The translations under genes and the position numbers were made by a program. From the NCBI GenBank assembly GCA_965232515.1, contig CBDDPY010000002.1:736001-800000 (forward strand): 64,000 nt of DNA. Direction: 5' to 3'. Below are positions 44,008-53,125 of this stretch, piece by piece. The stretch comes from Alphaproteobacteria bacterium (GTDB lineage: Bacteria > Pseudomonadota > Alphaproteobacteria > GCA-2731375). Position 1 is the first letter of the stretch. The number at the start of each line of letters is the position of its first letter. The notes under the pieces are model-generated. The model was not told the origin of the DNA and searched no databases. It saw nothing but the letters and a program-made list of their open reading frames with translations.

Positions 44008-44871
44008 ATGGATGCGCCCGCCGGCATATCACCAGCGGAAATCGTGGCGCACATCGCCGCTGGCGGGCAGCGCTACACCTCGCCCTGCGGCGATGGCCAA
44101 ATGGTCTGGCACGTCTGGGGCGAGGGGCCGCCGCTGGTGCTGCTGCATGGCGGCTTTGGATCGTGGATGCATTGGATCCGCAACGTTTTGCCGCTCAGCC
44201 TGCACTACACGGTGATTGCCGCCGACCTGCCGGGGCTCGGGGATTCGGATGAAGCGCCGCATCCTTACACGGCCGAGAGCCTGGCCGAGATCGTCGCCGC
44301 CGGCATCGATGCCCGCGTGCCAGCGGGGCAGCACTATCACCTCGTCGGCTTTTCCTTCGGCGGCCTGCTGGGCGGTCATATCGCCGGCTTGCCGGGATCG
44401 CGGGCGGCCTCGCTGACACTGGTCGGCCCCGGCGGCCTGGGCCTGCGTCGCGGCCCGAACCCCGATTTACGCAACTGGCGGCGCGCCAAGACCGACGCCG
44501 AACGCGCGGTGATACAGCGCCACAATCTCGCCGCCTTCATGATCGCCGATCCGGCGCGGGTCGACGACCTGGCGGTGCACGTGCAGATCGAAAACACCCG
44601 GCGCGGCCGCACCAAGAGCCGGCCGATCGCAGTGACAGATACGCTGGCGCAGGCGTTGCCGCGCGTCACCGTACCGATCACCGGGATCTGGGGCGATCGG
44701 GACGTCACGGCTGCGCCCTATTTTGAGGAGCGGCAGGCACTGTTGCAGGCGGTACAGCCCGACAGTGTCTTCCATCTGATTGAGGGCGCCGGCCATTGGG
44801 TCCAATACGAAGCGGCCGAGCAGTTCAATGCCCTGCTGCTGTCGCGGCTGGAACAGATCCAACTGCACTGA
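44008..44871 (+). CDS. Alpha/beta hydrolase
   Basis: LHGG, DLPGLGDS, GFSFG, GDRD and GAGHW. Confidence 0.9.
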   Translation: MDAPAGISPAEIVAHIAAGGQRYTSPCGDGQMVWHVWGEGPPLVLLHGGFGSWMHWIRNVLPLSLHYTVIAADLPGLGDSDEAPHPYTAESLAEIVAAGIDARVPAGQHYHLVGFSFGGLLGGHIAGLPGSRAASLTLVGPGGLGLRRGPNPDLRNWRRAKTDAERAVIQRHNLAAFMIADPARVDDLAVHVQIENTRRGRTKSRPIAVTDTLAQALPRVTVPITGIWGDRDVTAAPYFEERQALLQAVQPDSVFHLIEGAGHWVQYEAAEQFNALLLSRLEQIQLH

Positions 44872-44872
44872 G

Positions 44873-44911
44873 TGTCGGAGGAATTTACAAAACCCGTCGG
44901 TCAGCTTTACA
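44873..44911. promoter_or_regulatory. Tandem PEP-CTERM-type (PrsR-like) enhancer boxes
   Basis: TGTCGG-aggaa-TTTACA (44873-44889) and CGTCGG-tcagc-TTTACA (44895-44911), 22 bp apart. Confidence 0.7.
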
Positions 44912-44975
44912 GATCGACGGTCCGCTAGCGCCCGTCAGGAAGCCTATCTCGCAGAAGTCTGCGATTTAGGCGTTG

Positions 44976-44991
44976 TGGCACGATGGTTGCT
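44976..44991 (+). promoter_or_regulatory. Sigma54 -24/-12 promoter
   Basis: Consensus TGGCAC-GATGG-TTGCT about 50 nt before ATG 45042. Confidence 0.85.
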
Positions 44992-45041
44992 TGTTAATCA
45001 CTTGCAACAGCTGCTCGTACATTTCGACCGAGGGGCAAGCA

Positions 45042-45890
45042 ATGAAGAAATCATTGTGTCTGGTTGTGTGCCTGCTTTTCGCGCCGCTCTGCGCCAATGC
45101 AGGTCCTATGTACCTTCAGTTGACCGAGTCGGACCCGGGCGGTCCGAACAATGTCGTACTGAGCGTTTACGACAGCCTGGTCGATATGGTCAACTTCAAC
45201 GCCGCGAGCACGTTTTCGCTGGCCGGTCCTCCGGGTGCCGTCAGCGTCCGGGGACTGGCCTACGACGGCAGCCAATATCTTCTTTGGACCGAGTCGGACC
45301 CGGGTGGTCTGAACAATATCGTACTGACGACGTACGATAGCCTGGCCGATCTCGCGAGCCTCAACGCAGCAAGCAGCTTTTTCCCCCCCGGTCCTCCGGG
45401 TGCCGTCAGCGTCAGTGGACTGGCTTACGACGGCAGCCAATATCTTCTTTGGACCGAGTCGGACCCGGGCGGTCTGAACAATATCGTACTGACGACGTAC
45501 GATAGCCTGGCCGATCTCGCGAGCCTCAACGCCGCAAGCAGCTTTTTCCCCGCCGGTCCTCCGAGTGCCGTCAGCGTCAGGGGATTGGCCTACGACGGCA
45601 GCCAATATCTTCTTTGGACCGAGTCGGACCCGGGCGGTCTGAACAATGTCGTACTGACGACGTACGATAGCCTGGCCGATCTCGCGAGCCTCAATTCGGC
45701 AGGCAGCTTTTTTCCCGGCGGGCTTGACCCGGCGGTCAGCGTCAGCGGTATTACGTTCGTGCCGGAACAGGCCGTCGACGTGCCGGAACCCTGGACTCTG
45801 CCGCTGTTTGGCCTGAGCCTCATCGGCTTTGCGCTTTTGCGGAGTCGACGAATGGTGCCGACCCGCGTGCGCCCTGTGGCGATCACATAG
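45042..45890 (+). CDS. PEP-CTERM surface protein with four 55-aa repeats
   Basis: MKKS...ANA signal peptide; VPEPWTLPLFGLSLIGFALLRSRR tail; GAGGGG RBS. Confidence 0.9.
   Translation: MKKSLCLVVCLLFAPLCANAGPMYLQLTESDPGGPNNVVLSVYDSLVDMVNFNAASTFSLAGPPGAVSVRGLAYDGSQYLLWTESDPGGLNNIVLTTYDSLADLASLNAASSFFPPGPPGAVSVSGLAYDGSQYLLWTESDPGGLNNIVLTTYDSLADLASLNAASSFFPAGPPSAVSVRGLAYDGSQYLLWTESDPGGLNNVVLTTYDSLADLASLNSAGSFFPGGLDPAVSVSGITFVPEQAVDVPEPWTLPLFGLSLIGFALLRSRRMVPTRVRPVAIT
45126..45755 (+). repeat. Intragenic tandem repeat, 165-bp unit, about 3.8 copies
   Basis: GAGTCGGACCCGGG recurs at 45126, 45291, 45456 and 45621. Confidence 0.95.
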
Positions 45891-46055
45891 ACACATCGGC
45901 TGTTCGACGCCGTCGCCTGGCACGAAGAAGCTGAAGAACGGCCGGACCTGGAACTGTCATTGTCGATTCCGATCAATGCCGGCCCTTCGTTCCGTCCACT
46001 TGCAGCCACATCTGTCGGAGCAACGTCGTTCTGACCGATAGAGGAGTATTGCGAG

Positions 46056-46400
46056 ATGCGTTTTTTGGCGATCGCGACAACGGCATTCATGGCATTTGCC
46101 GTAGCCGCGCCCACGGGCCTGGCGAAGACGATTACGAAGATCGACGATATCGAGCGGGGCGCCAGCGTGACGCTGGAAGGCGAGGTGACCCGCATCCTCG
46201 ATGATGACGAGTTTCGACTGCAAGACGATACCGGCAGCGTGCGCATCTACATCGGCTGGCGTAATCGGGTCATGGTCGACGTCGGCGAAACCGTGACCGT
46301 CAAGGGCTTTGTCGACGATGATCTGGTCAGCTATTTCCGGCCCGAGATTTATGCCCAGGAGATCGTGCGCGAGGACGGCAGCACGGTCAGCCTGCGCTGA
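46056..46400 (+). CDS. Periplasmic OB-fold (BOF/YgiW-like) protein
   Basis: Signal peptide; VTLEGEV, FRLQDDTGSVRI and VTVKGFVD. Confidence 0.8.
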   Translation: MRFLAIATTAFMAFAVAAPTGLAKTITKIDDIERGASVTLEGEVTRILDDDEFRLQDDTGSVRIYIGWRNRVMVDVGETVTVKGFVDDDLVSYFRPEIYAQEIVREDGSTVSLR

Positions 46401-46431
46401 CCCGAAGGCGCGGCGACCTCGCTCGAATTTC

Positions 46432-48276
46432 TCAGGTGTCGTCACGCACCGCCGTGCGGCATAGATAGGCGGGACGCGGCGCGTTCGACAACGGTTCGAA
46501 TTCGACCAGAGCCGGTTCGCTCGCGGTTTGCGCGGCGAGCACGTCGCGCGTGACCGCGATGACCACCGGCTGAGCCGGGTGGACCCCGCGCAGCGCGGCC
46601 TCGGTGCGCTCGGCAACATTCACCGTGTCGCCCACCAGCGTGTAGTTGATGCGTCCGGGAAAGCCGATGTTGCCGACGATGGCCGGGCCCGTGTGCAGGC
46701 CGATGCGCATGCGTGGCGCGTCGGGATGGGTCTTGGCGCGCCGCTCGAGCAGGCGGGCGACGTCGGCGGCGGCGCGGCAGGCCCGGTCGACATGGTCGGG
46801 TTGCAGGTCGGGCGCGCCCCAGAAGGCCAGTAGGCCGTCACCGGTGTATTTGTCGATGACGCCGCCATGGGCTTCGAGCGCCGGGCCGACCAGGCCGAAG
46901 ACATCGTTCAGGTGGTCCGCGACCTCGCCGGCGTCGCGGCCGCGGGAGAAGGCGGTGAAGCCCTCGAGATCCATGAACAGCACGGTGATATGGCGTTCTT
47001 CAGACGCCGGGCTCTTGTCCGACGCGTTGAACAGGCGGCGAACGAGCGCGCGGGGCAGATAGGTCTGGAAGGCCGAGAGCGCCTGCGCCGTGCCTTCCAG
47101 CCGTCGGGCCATGGTGCGCCATTCCCGCACCCGGCTGCCGACCAGGCCGGGCAGCGCGACCTGGTCGAATTCCAGCCGCGCGATCCGGCCGAGCGCGGTG
47201 TCGAAGACCAGGGCCGGCCGACTGAGCGTGCGGCCCAGGCGCCAGGCGAGGCCGGCGGCCAGCAGCATCAGCAGCAGGCCGACGCCGGCGGTGAATGTCG
47301 GCGCCCAGCGCTCGCGGCGGGTGTCGGCGGCCGGGATCGCCACGGCGACGATCAGCGGATCGGGGCCATAACCCGCGAGCTCGCGGTAGTAATAGGCGTA
47401 GGCCTCGTCGTCGATCCAGCTCCAGTGCCCCTGGCTGCGCGACAATTCGCCGGTCTGCGTCAGCGGCCGGGGATCGTCCCAGATGCGCGAAATGACGATG
47501 TCGTCGACGCTGGAAAGACGCGGCAGATCGGTCGAGGTGATCTCGGTGTCGGGCGCGCGACTGCTCGGATGGGTGATGACGCGGTCGCGGCCGACCAGGA
47601 CAAAGGCGGTGACGCGGAACAGGCGCGAGACCTCGGCGACGTAACGGGACAGGCCTTCGCTGGTAACGCCGGTGGTGATGACGCCGAGAAAATCACCGGT
47701 GCGTTCCAGGGCGACACGGTAATTCAGAATCGTGTCGCCGAGTGCGATGCTGACGAACGGCGGCGCCCAATAGGCCGTACGGCCGTTGCGCGCGGCTTCG
47801 ACGGCCTCGCCGGCGAACGGCAAGCGTTCGGGCGGCTCGACGACATCGAGGAAGCTGTCGCGCTCCCAGCGGCGCATGGTCAGGTCCTCGCGCACATGGC
47901 CGATGCCGAACACCTGCGGCGTGCCGGCCAGCAGGCCGCGCGCGAAGGTGCCGAGCTGATCGGCGTCGCGCGGGTCGATGTGGCCGTTCAGGACGGCCAC
48001 CCGGGCATGGTTCAACTGCGCCACGACGGGATCGAGCAGCCCGCGGATCTCGCCCTCGAGGCCGTCGAGGATCAATTCCGCGCGCTCGCTGAGCAGCCGT
48101 TGCGAGGTGTCGGTCGCGATCAGATAGCCGATGACGATAATCGGTGTCACGGCGAGAACGACAAGCACTGCCAGTGACGCCGGCAGCAGCGTATTCAGGG
48201 ACATCTGCCAGGCGGAAGACCGGTTCGGTCCGTCGTCGGGTTGTTGCGGCACGTGGGCGGCCCCTGTCGGATGCAT
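46432..48276 (-). CDS. Membrane class III adenylate cyclase
   Basis: Two TM segments; FMDLEGFT, KYTGDG and NYTLVGDTVNVAER; start uncertain. Confidence 0.88.
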   Translation of the reverse strand: MHPTGAAHVPQQPDDGPNRSSAWQMSLNTLLPASLAVLVVLAVTPIIVIGYLIATDTSQRLLSERAELILDGLEGEIRGLLDPVVAQLNHARVAVLNGHIDPRDADQLGTFARGLLAGTPQVFGIGHVREDLTMRRWERDSFLDVVEPPERLPFAGEAVEAARNGRTAYWAPPFVSIALGDTILNYRVALERTGDFLGVITTGVTSEGLSRYVAEVSRLFRVTAFVLVGRDRVITHPSSRAPDTEITSTDLPRLSSVDDIVISRIWDDPRPLTQTGELSRSQGHWSWIDDEAYAYYYRELAGYGPDPLIVAVAIPAADTRRERWAPTFTAGVGLLLMLLAAGLAWRLGRTLSRPALVFDTALGRIARLEFDQVALPGLVGSRVREWRTMARRLEGTAQALSAFQTYLPRALVRRLFNASDKSPASEERHITVLFMDLEGFTAFSRGRDAGEVADHLNDVFGLVGPALEAHGGVIDKYTGDGLLAFWGAPDLQPDHVDRACRAAADVARLLERRAKTHPDAPRMRIGLHTGPAIVGNIGFPGRINYTLVGDTVNVAERTEAALRGVHPAQPVVIAVTRDVLAAQTASEPALVEFEPLSNAPRPAYLCRTAVRDDT

Positions 48277-48347
48277 CGACGCGTCAGCTCATGGATCTAG
48301 ATAGGCGGAATATCCGCGTCTCCAAATCATTGACGGCGGCGCGTGCG

Positions 48348-49424
48348 TCAGGTCAGGCAGGCCGGATCGAAGGCATAGTCGCCGCGGAGCCAGCCGAGCA
48401 CCTCGTCCGCATGGGCGTTGCCGCGGAATTTGCCGTAGCGCTGTGCGATGGAATGGCGGTCGTCGGCCTGCAGGTTTTCGAGGCCGGTTTTTTGAAACAG
48501 CGCGATATCGGCCATAAGCAGCGCCCCGAGATCGGCGCCGCATTCTTCGCGGCAGGCCTCGGCGAACGACGCGTCGGGGGCGTAGGCATTGCCCTGGCGG
48601 TAGCTGTCGGCGAGGCTGCGAAGCGGGATGCGCGACAGCCAGGCCTGGTTCATGGGGTTCACGGCATGACCGGCCAGCCGTTGCCGCAGCGCCGCCGGGC
48701 GGTCACGAAAGGGTCCGATGTGCAGGAACGGCGCCATCGCCGCGCCGTCGTTGACCGGGTAGTTGTCCCAGAGGAACGGCTTGCGGCGCAGCAGGGTGGC
48801 GACCTCGTCGAGGTGTGTCGGCGGATAGGAGCGGGAACAAACCTTCGGTCCGGTCCAGAAGATGTCGATGGCTGGATCGAGCAGCCGGCCGAGCTCGACG
48901 AGATAGCCTTCGGGCATGGGACCGAAGACCTTCTCGAGCACCGGATCGAAGCTGTAATAGGTCGGACAAACGATAATCTTGGCCGCCGTGCAGACGGCGC
49001 AGATATCGCCCACGATGCGCAATTGTCGTTCCGCGAGCGCCGGCGTGTCGCCGCGCATATCGTCGAACAGGATGCAGAGGATGTCAGGGTTGGCATCGTT
49101 AAGCTGCCGGACCTTCGTCTGCAGCATCGATCGCTCGTCGTCGCCATATTCCAGATGAAGCTCGAACGGGCTGAGGCCGATGCCGAAGCGCACATCCCGG
49201 TCGCGGTAGGTCTCGGCCAGTGAACCGACCCGCGCCGCGATCTCGTCGGGCCAGGGCTCGCGCCACCGCTGTCGCAGATATCGGTCGTCCTTGGGCGCGT
49301 AGATGTAGAAATCGAAGCCGAGACGACAAAGGAAATCCGCGTAGGCGGCGCGGTCTTGCCAGGGCCACGGACGGCCGAAGAAACCCTCGATTACACCGAC
49401 CGGAATGTCGTCGGTGGGGTTCAC
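48348..49424 (-). CDS. GH84 beta-N-acetylglucosaminidase (O-GlcNAcase-like)
   Basis: GVIEGFFGRPW, YIYAPKDD, catalytic LFDD, CPTYY, FWTG, WDNYPVND and NPMNQ; GTG start overlaps the upstream TGA. Confidence 0.9.
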   Translation of the reverse strand: MNPTDDIPVGVIEGFFGRPWPWQDRAAYADFLCRLGFDFYIYAPKDDRYLRQRWREPWPDEIAARVGSLAETYRDRDVRFGIGLSPFELHLEYGDDERSMLQTKVRQLNDANPDILCILFDDMRGDTPALAERQLRIVGDICAVCTAAKIIVCPTYYSFDPVLEKVFGPMPEGYLVELGRLLDPAIDIFWTGPKVCSRSYPPTHLDEVATLLRRKPFLWDNYPVNDGAAMAPFLHIGPFRDRPAALRQRLAGHAVNPMNQAWLSRIPLRSLADSYRQGNAYAPDASFAEACREECGADLGALLMADIALFQKTGLENLQADDRHSIAQRYGKFRGNAHADEVLGWLRGDYAFDPACLT

Positions 49425-49615
49425 GTGTTGTCGTCGGAGCTGAGACTCCCGCCATTGCCGCGGAAGACCGTGCGGTAGAAGTCGAAGGCCGCCATGGCGA
49501 TGACGATGACGACGACGGTCGCCAGGTCCGCCTCGGTCACGAAATAGACGATGATGCCGAGGAAAGCGATGAACACCGCGAGCGAAAAGGCGGCGAGGAT
49601 GCGGTCGACGGTCAT
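49421..49615 (-). CDS. Small two-TM membrane protein
   Basis: MTVDRILAAFSLAVFIAFLGIIVYFV...DL...AFDF; 4-bp overlaps on both sides. Confidence 0.8.
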   Translation of the reverse strand: MTVDRILAAFSLAVFIAFLGIIVYFVTEADLATVVVIVIAMAAFDFYRTVFRGNGGSLSSDDNT

Positions 49616-50967
49616 GCCGCGGGGCTTCCGGTCCGTGCCAGATGTGCATCGAGCCAACGGGCCGTGCGCAGCAGGCGGGCGTCGTCACCCCGGCGGCCGA
49701 CCAGTTGCGCACCCATGGGCAGGCCATTTTGCGCCGTCAGCAGCGGCAGCGTCACGGCAGGCGTGCCGCAGAAGGTCCACAGGCTGTTGAAGGCGGGATC
49801 GCCCGTGTTGTCGAGGCCACGTGGTGCGGGCCCGACGGCGGCCGGTGTCAGGATCGCGTCGAAGCGGTCGAAAATCTCGTCGAGTGCGGCATTGAGGATG
49901 CCTGGCCAGTCACGGGACGCCAGATAGTCGCGCGCCGGGATTTGTTTGGCCTCGTCCAGCAGGCCCTGCATTGCCGGACTGAGCCGCTCGCGTCCGCGTT
50001 TTTCGTAGGCGTAATAGCACTTGCCCATCTCGGCAATGAAGGTGAACCGGTGCTGCGCCAGGGCCTCGGCGAAGGGCGCTGGCAGGTCGACCGCCGCGCA
50101 ACGGTCGCCGAGGGTTTCGCAAAGCTCGGCGAACGCGTCGTGGGTGTCTGGATCGGCCGTGTCCCAGGCCGGTTGCCGCACAAACGCCAGCGACAGCGGC
50201 ACCGGCGGCGCGGTGCCGGCAATCTCCAGCAGGCGCGGCGGCGGCCGAACCCCGGTGGCGGGATCGTCCGGATCGTGGCCGAACATGGCTTCCGCCAGCA
50301 AGGCCGCGCCGGCGACGTCGCGCGCGAAGACGCCGATGGTGTCGAGGCTGGGCGACTGCATCAGCACGCCGGTACGCGGGATGGCGCCGAAGCTGGGCTT
50401 GTAGCCGACGACGCCGCAGAAGGCGGCCGGGCGGATCACCGAGCCGGCGGTCTGGGTGCCGATCGCCAACGGCAGCATGTGGTCGGCGACGGCGGCGGCC
50501 GAACCCGACGATGAACCGCCGGGGGTGTGTTCGGGATCGTCCGGGTTGCGCGTGCGGCCCGGCGCGCGGTTGGCGAGCTCGGTGGTGACGGTCTTGCCCA
50601 TGATCAGCGCGCCGGCCTGTTTCAGGCGCGTGACGAGAACCGCGTCGCGGTCCGGTACCCGGCCGGCGTCGAGCACGGTGCCGTTTTCCGTGCCCATGCC
50701 GTCGGTGTCGATGATGTCTTTGATGCCGACGGGCAGGCCGTGCAGCGGGCCGATGGCCCGGCCGCCGGCGCGGTGGGCGTCGAGCGCTTCAGCCTGCCGA
50801 ATGACGTGCTCGGAGTCGAGCCAGGCCCAGGCCCGGACCTCGGGCTCGCGCGCCTCGATACGGGCCAGGCAGGCGCGCGCCAGCTCGACGGCGCGCAATG
50901 CGCCATCCGCCATGCGGTCGCGCAGCTCGACCGCGCTCAGTTGCAGGATCGGGTCTATCGACGACAT
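49612..50967 (-). CDS. Amidase signature family enzyme
   Basis: GIKD, PGGSSSGS and GTQTAGSVIRPA. Confidence 0.93.
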   Translation of the reverse strand: MSSIDPILQLSAVELRDRMADGALRAVELARACLARIEAREPEVRAWAWLDSEHVIRQAEALDAHRAGGRAIGPLHGLPVGIKDIIDTDGMGTENGTVLDAGRVPDRDAVLVTRLKQAGALIMGKTVTTELANRAPGRTRNPDDPEHTPGGSSSGSAAAVADHMLPLAIGTQTAGSVIRPAAFCGVVGYKPSFGAIPRTGVLMQSPSLDTIGVFARDVAGAALLAEAMFGHDPDDPATGVRPPPRLLEIAGTAPPVPLSLAFVRQPAWDTADPDTHDAFAELCETLGDRCAAVDLPAPFAEALAQHRFTFIAEMGKCYYAYEKRGRERLSPAMQGLLDEAKQIPARDYLASRDWPGILNAALDEIFDRFDAILTPAAVGPAPRGLDNTGDPAFNSLWTFCGTPAVTLPLLTAQNGLPMGAQLVGRRGDDARLLRTARWLDAHLARTGSPAA

Positions 50968-50970
50968 CCG

Positions 50971-52392
50971 TCAGCGCCCGTAGATCTGGGTCGGCAGCCA
51001 GAAGGCGATGTTCGGGTAGATGTAGAGCAAGGCCATTGAGACGAACACCATGATGAGAAACGGCATGCAGCCCTTGAAGATTTGCACGAGCTGCACGTAG
51101 GGCGGGGCGATTCCTTTCAGATAATAGGCCGACATGGCCATCGGCGGGGTCAGAAACGACGTTTGCAGGTTGAGCGCCACCAGGATGCCGAAGAACAGCG
51201 GATCGATGCCGAAGAACGGCAGCAGCGGCAGGAAGATCGGCACGAAGATGATGATGATCTCGGACCATTCGAGCGGCCAGCCGAGCAGGAAGATGATCAG
51301 CTGGGCCAGCAGCAGGAAGGTCAGCGGCGAGATGTCGAGGCCGGTGACGAACTCGCTGATGATCTGCTCGCCACCGAGATAGGAGAACACCGACGAGAAG
51401 GTCCAGGAGCCGACGAACAGCCAGCAGACCATGGCGGTCGTGCGCACGGTCAAATAGACCGACTCGCGCAGCCGCTGCCAGGTCAGCGCCCGGTAAGAGA
51501 CGGCCAGCAGCAGGCCGCCGAGCGCACCGACGGCCGCGGCCTCGGACGGCGTCGCGAGGCCGAAAAGGATGGCGCCGAGCACGGCCATGATCAGGAACGC
51601 CAATGGGAAGAACGAGGTCAGCAGCAGCAAGGCCAGACGGCCGACGGGGACGTCTTCGATGTCCTCGTCCCGAGGCTTCGGCGCGATCGAGGGCTGCAGC
51701 CAGGACCGGGCGATGATGTAGACCAGATAGAGCCCGGCCAGCAGGAATCCCGGCAGCAAGGCGCCGGCATATAGCCGGACAATGGAAACGCCCGACGCCG
51801 CAGCATAGACGATCAACATGATCGAGGGCGGGATCAGGATGCCGAGCGTGCCGCCGGCGCAGATGACGCCCGAGGCGAAGCTGTTGTCGTAGCGCGCCTT
51901 CAGCATGGCCGGCAGCGCCAGCAGGCCCATCAGCGTGACGACGGCGCCGACGATGCCGGTCGCGGTGGCGAACAGCGCGCAGGTGATCAGCGCCGCCACG
52001 GCCATGGAGCCGGGCAGGCGGCGGGCGGCGATGCTGAGGGTCTGGAACAGCCGGTCGACGATGTTGGCGCGCTCGACCACATAGCCCATGAACAGGAACA
52101 GCGGCACCGCCGTCAGCACCTCGTTCGCCATCACCGAATAGGTCTGGTTTATGAACAGGTCGAAGACGCGGTTGTTGAACAGCCCCTCGATCCAGGTCTG
52201 CACCAGCGTCAGCGTGTCGGCCTCGTCCCTGACGGCGCGGTTGTAGGACCGCCACATGCGCGCGGCGTCGAAGTAGGCGAAATAGCCGAAGCCGATGCCC
52301 ATGGCCATCAGCGTGAAGGCGATGGGAAAGCCGAGCAGGATGACGAACAGGAAGATGCCCAGCATGAACAGGGCGACTTGCGGATCGGTCAT
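50971..52392 (-). CDS. TRAP transporter large permease (DctM)
   Basis: AVPLFLFMG, GTLGILIPPS, ATPSEAA and QTSFLTPP. Confidence 0.95.
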   Translation of the reverse strand: MTDPQVALFMLGIFLFVILLGFPIAFTLMAMGIGFGYFAYFDAARMWRSYNRAVRDEADTLTLVQTWIEGLFNNRVFDLFINQTYSVMANEVLTAVPLFLFMGYVVERANIVDRLFQTLSIAARRLPGSMAVAALITCALFATATGIVGAVVTLMGLLALPAMLKARYDNSFASGVICAGGTLGILIPPSIMLIVYAAASGVSIVRLYAGALLPGFLLAGLYLVYIIARSWLQPSIAPKPRDEDIEDVPVGRLALLLLTSFFPLAFLIMAVLGAILFGLATPSEAAAVGALGGLLLAVSYRALTWQRLRESVYLTVRTTAMVCWLFVGSWTFSSVFSYLGGEQIISEFVTGLDISPLTFLLLAQLIIFLLGWPLEWSEIIIIFVPIFLPLLPFFGIDPLFFGILVALNLQTSFLTPPMAMSAYYLKGIAPPYVQLVQIFKGCMPFLIMVFVSMALLYIYPNIAFWLPTQIYGR

Positions 52393-53039
52393 GGGGCGGG
52401 CCCGTCCCGGTCAGGCCGTCGATCGCGGTCGACCGGCGTGACGACATCGATCGCCTCCGAGCCATGGCGCAACGCGTCTGTCTCGGCCCCGTGCGCGAGG
52501 GCAACCTCGGTTTCCAGGACGTCCTCGGCGGCGCGCATCCATTGCCCCGTCCTGATGCAGAGGATGCAGCGGCAGACCTGGGCCATGCCCTGAATGAAGA
52601 GCAGAATGCCGGCGGCGACGATGACGGACTTGAACTGGAAGACCGGCACGCCGGCCGGACTGTTGACGCTGACCTCCATATAACCCCATGACCGGCTGGC
52701 GTATTTCCAACCCGACAAGACCAGCGCCGTGACGCCGGGGAAGAAGAACAGAAAATAGAGCACCAACTCGATCCGGGCCTGAACCCGCGGCGGCCACAGG
52801 CGGTAGAGGAAATCGCCGCGCACATGGCCGTCGCGCGACAGCGTATAGGCGCCCGCCATCATGAACAGTGTGCCGTACATGATGAACGAGACGTCGAGCG
52901 CCCAACTGGTCGGGGCGTTCAGGACGTAGCGCACGAAGACCTCGTAGCCGACGCCGAACGCCATCACCAGGATCAGCCAGGCGAAGGCCCGCCCGAACCA
53001 GGCGGAAACCTGGTCGGCGAACGTGATGAAGCGGATCAT
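52389..53039 (-). CDS. TRAP transporter small permease (DctQ)
   Basis: EVFVRYVLNAPTSW and GHVRGD; four TM. Confidence 0.93.
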   Translation of the reverse strand: MIRFITFADQVSAWFGRAFAWLILVMAFGVGYEVFVRYVLNAPTSWALDVSFIMYGTLFMMAGAYTLSRDGHVRGDFLYRLWPPRVQARIELVLYFLFFFPGVTALVLSGWKYASRSWGYMEVSVNSPAGVPVFQFKSVIVAAGILLFIQGMAQVCRCILCIRTGQWMRAAEDVLETEVALAHGAETDALRHGSEAIDVVTPVDRDRRPDRDGPAP

Positions 53040-53066
53040 CGAGGATCCCTATTCAAGGATGGCGGA

Positions 53067-53100
53067 CGATCCGGCGGTCGCCTCAACGGCCGCCGGATCG
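53067..53100. other. Stem-loop between the binding-protein and permease genes
   Basis: CGATCCGGCGG/CCGCCGGATCG inverted repeat with no T run. Confidence 0.6.
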
Positions 53101-53125
53101 TCATATCCAATACCGGACAAGCGCG

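Noticed and set aside
45126-45755. 165-bp repeats as a CRISPR array or DGR template/variable repeats
   Set aside because: Contiguous in-frame coding repeats with no spacers; differences are not adenine-specific; no cas or reverse transcriptase gene in the window
48348-49727. 459-aa version of the GH84 ORF
   Set aside because: The N-terminal ~100 aa overlap the amidase and small membrane genes; family similarity starts at GTG 49424
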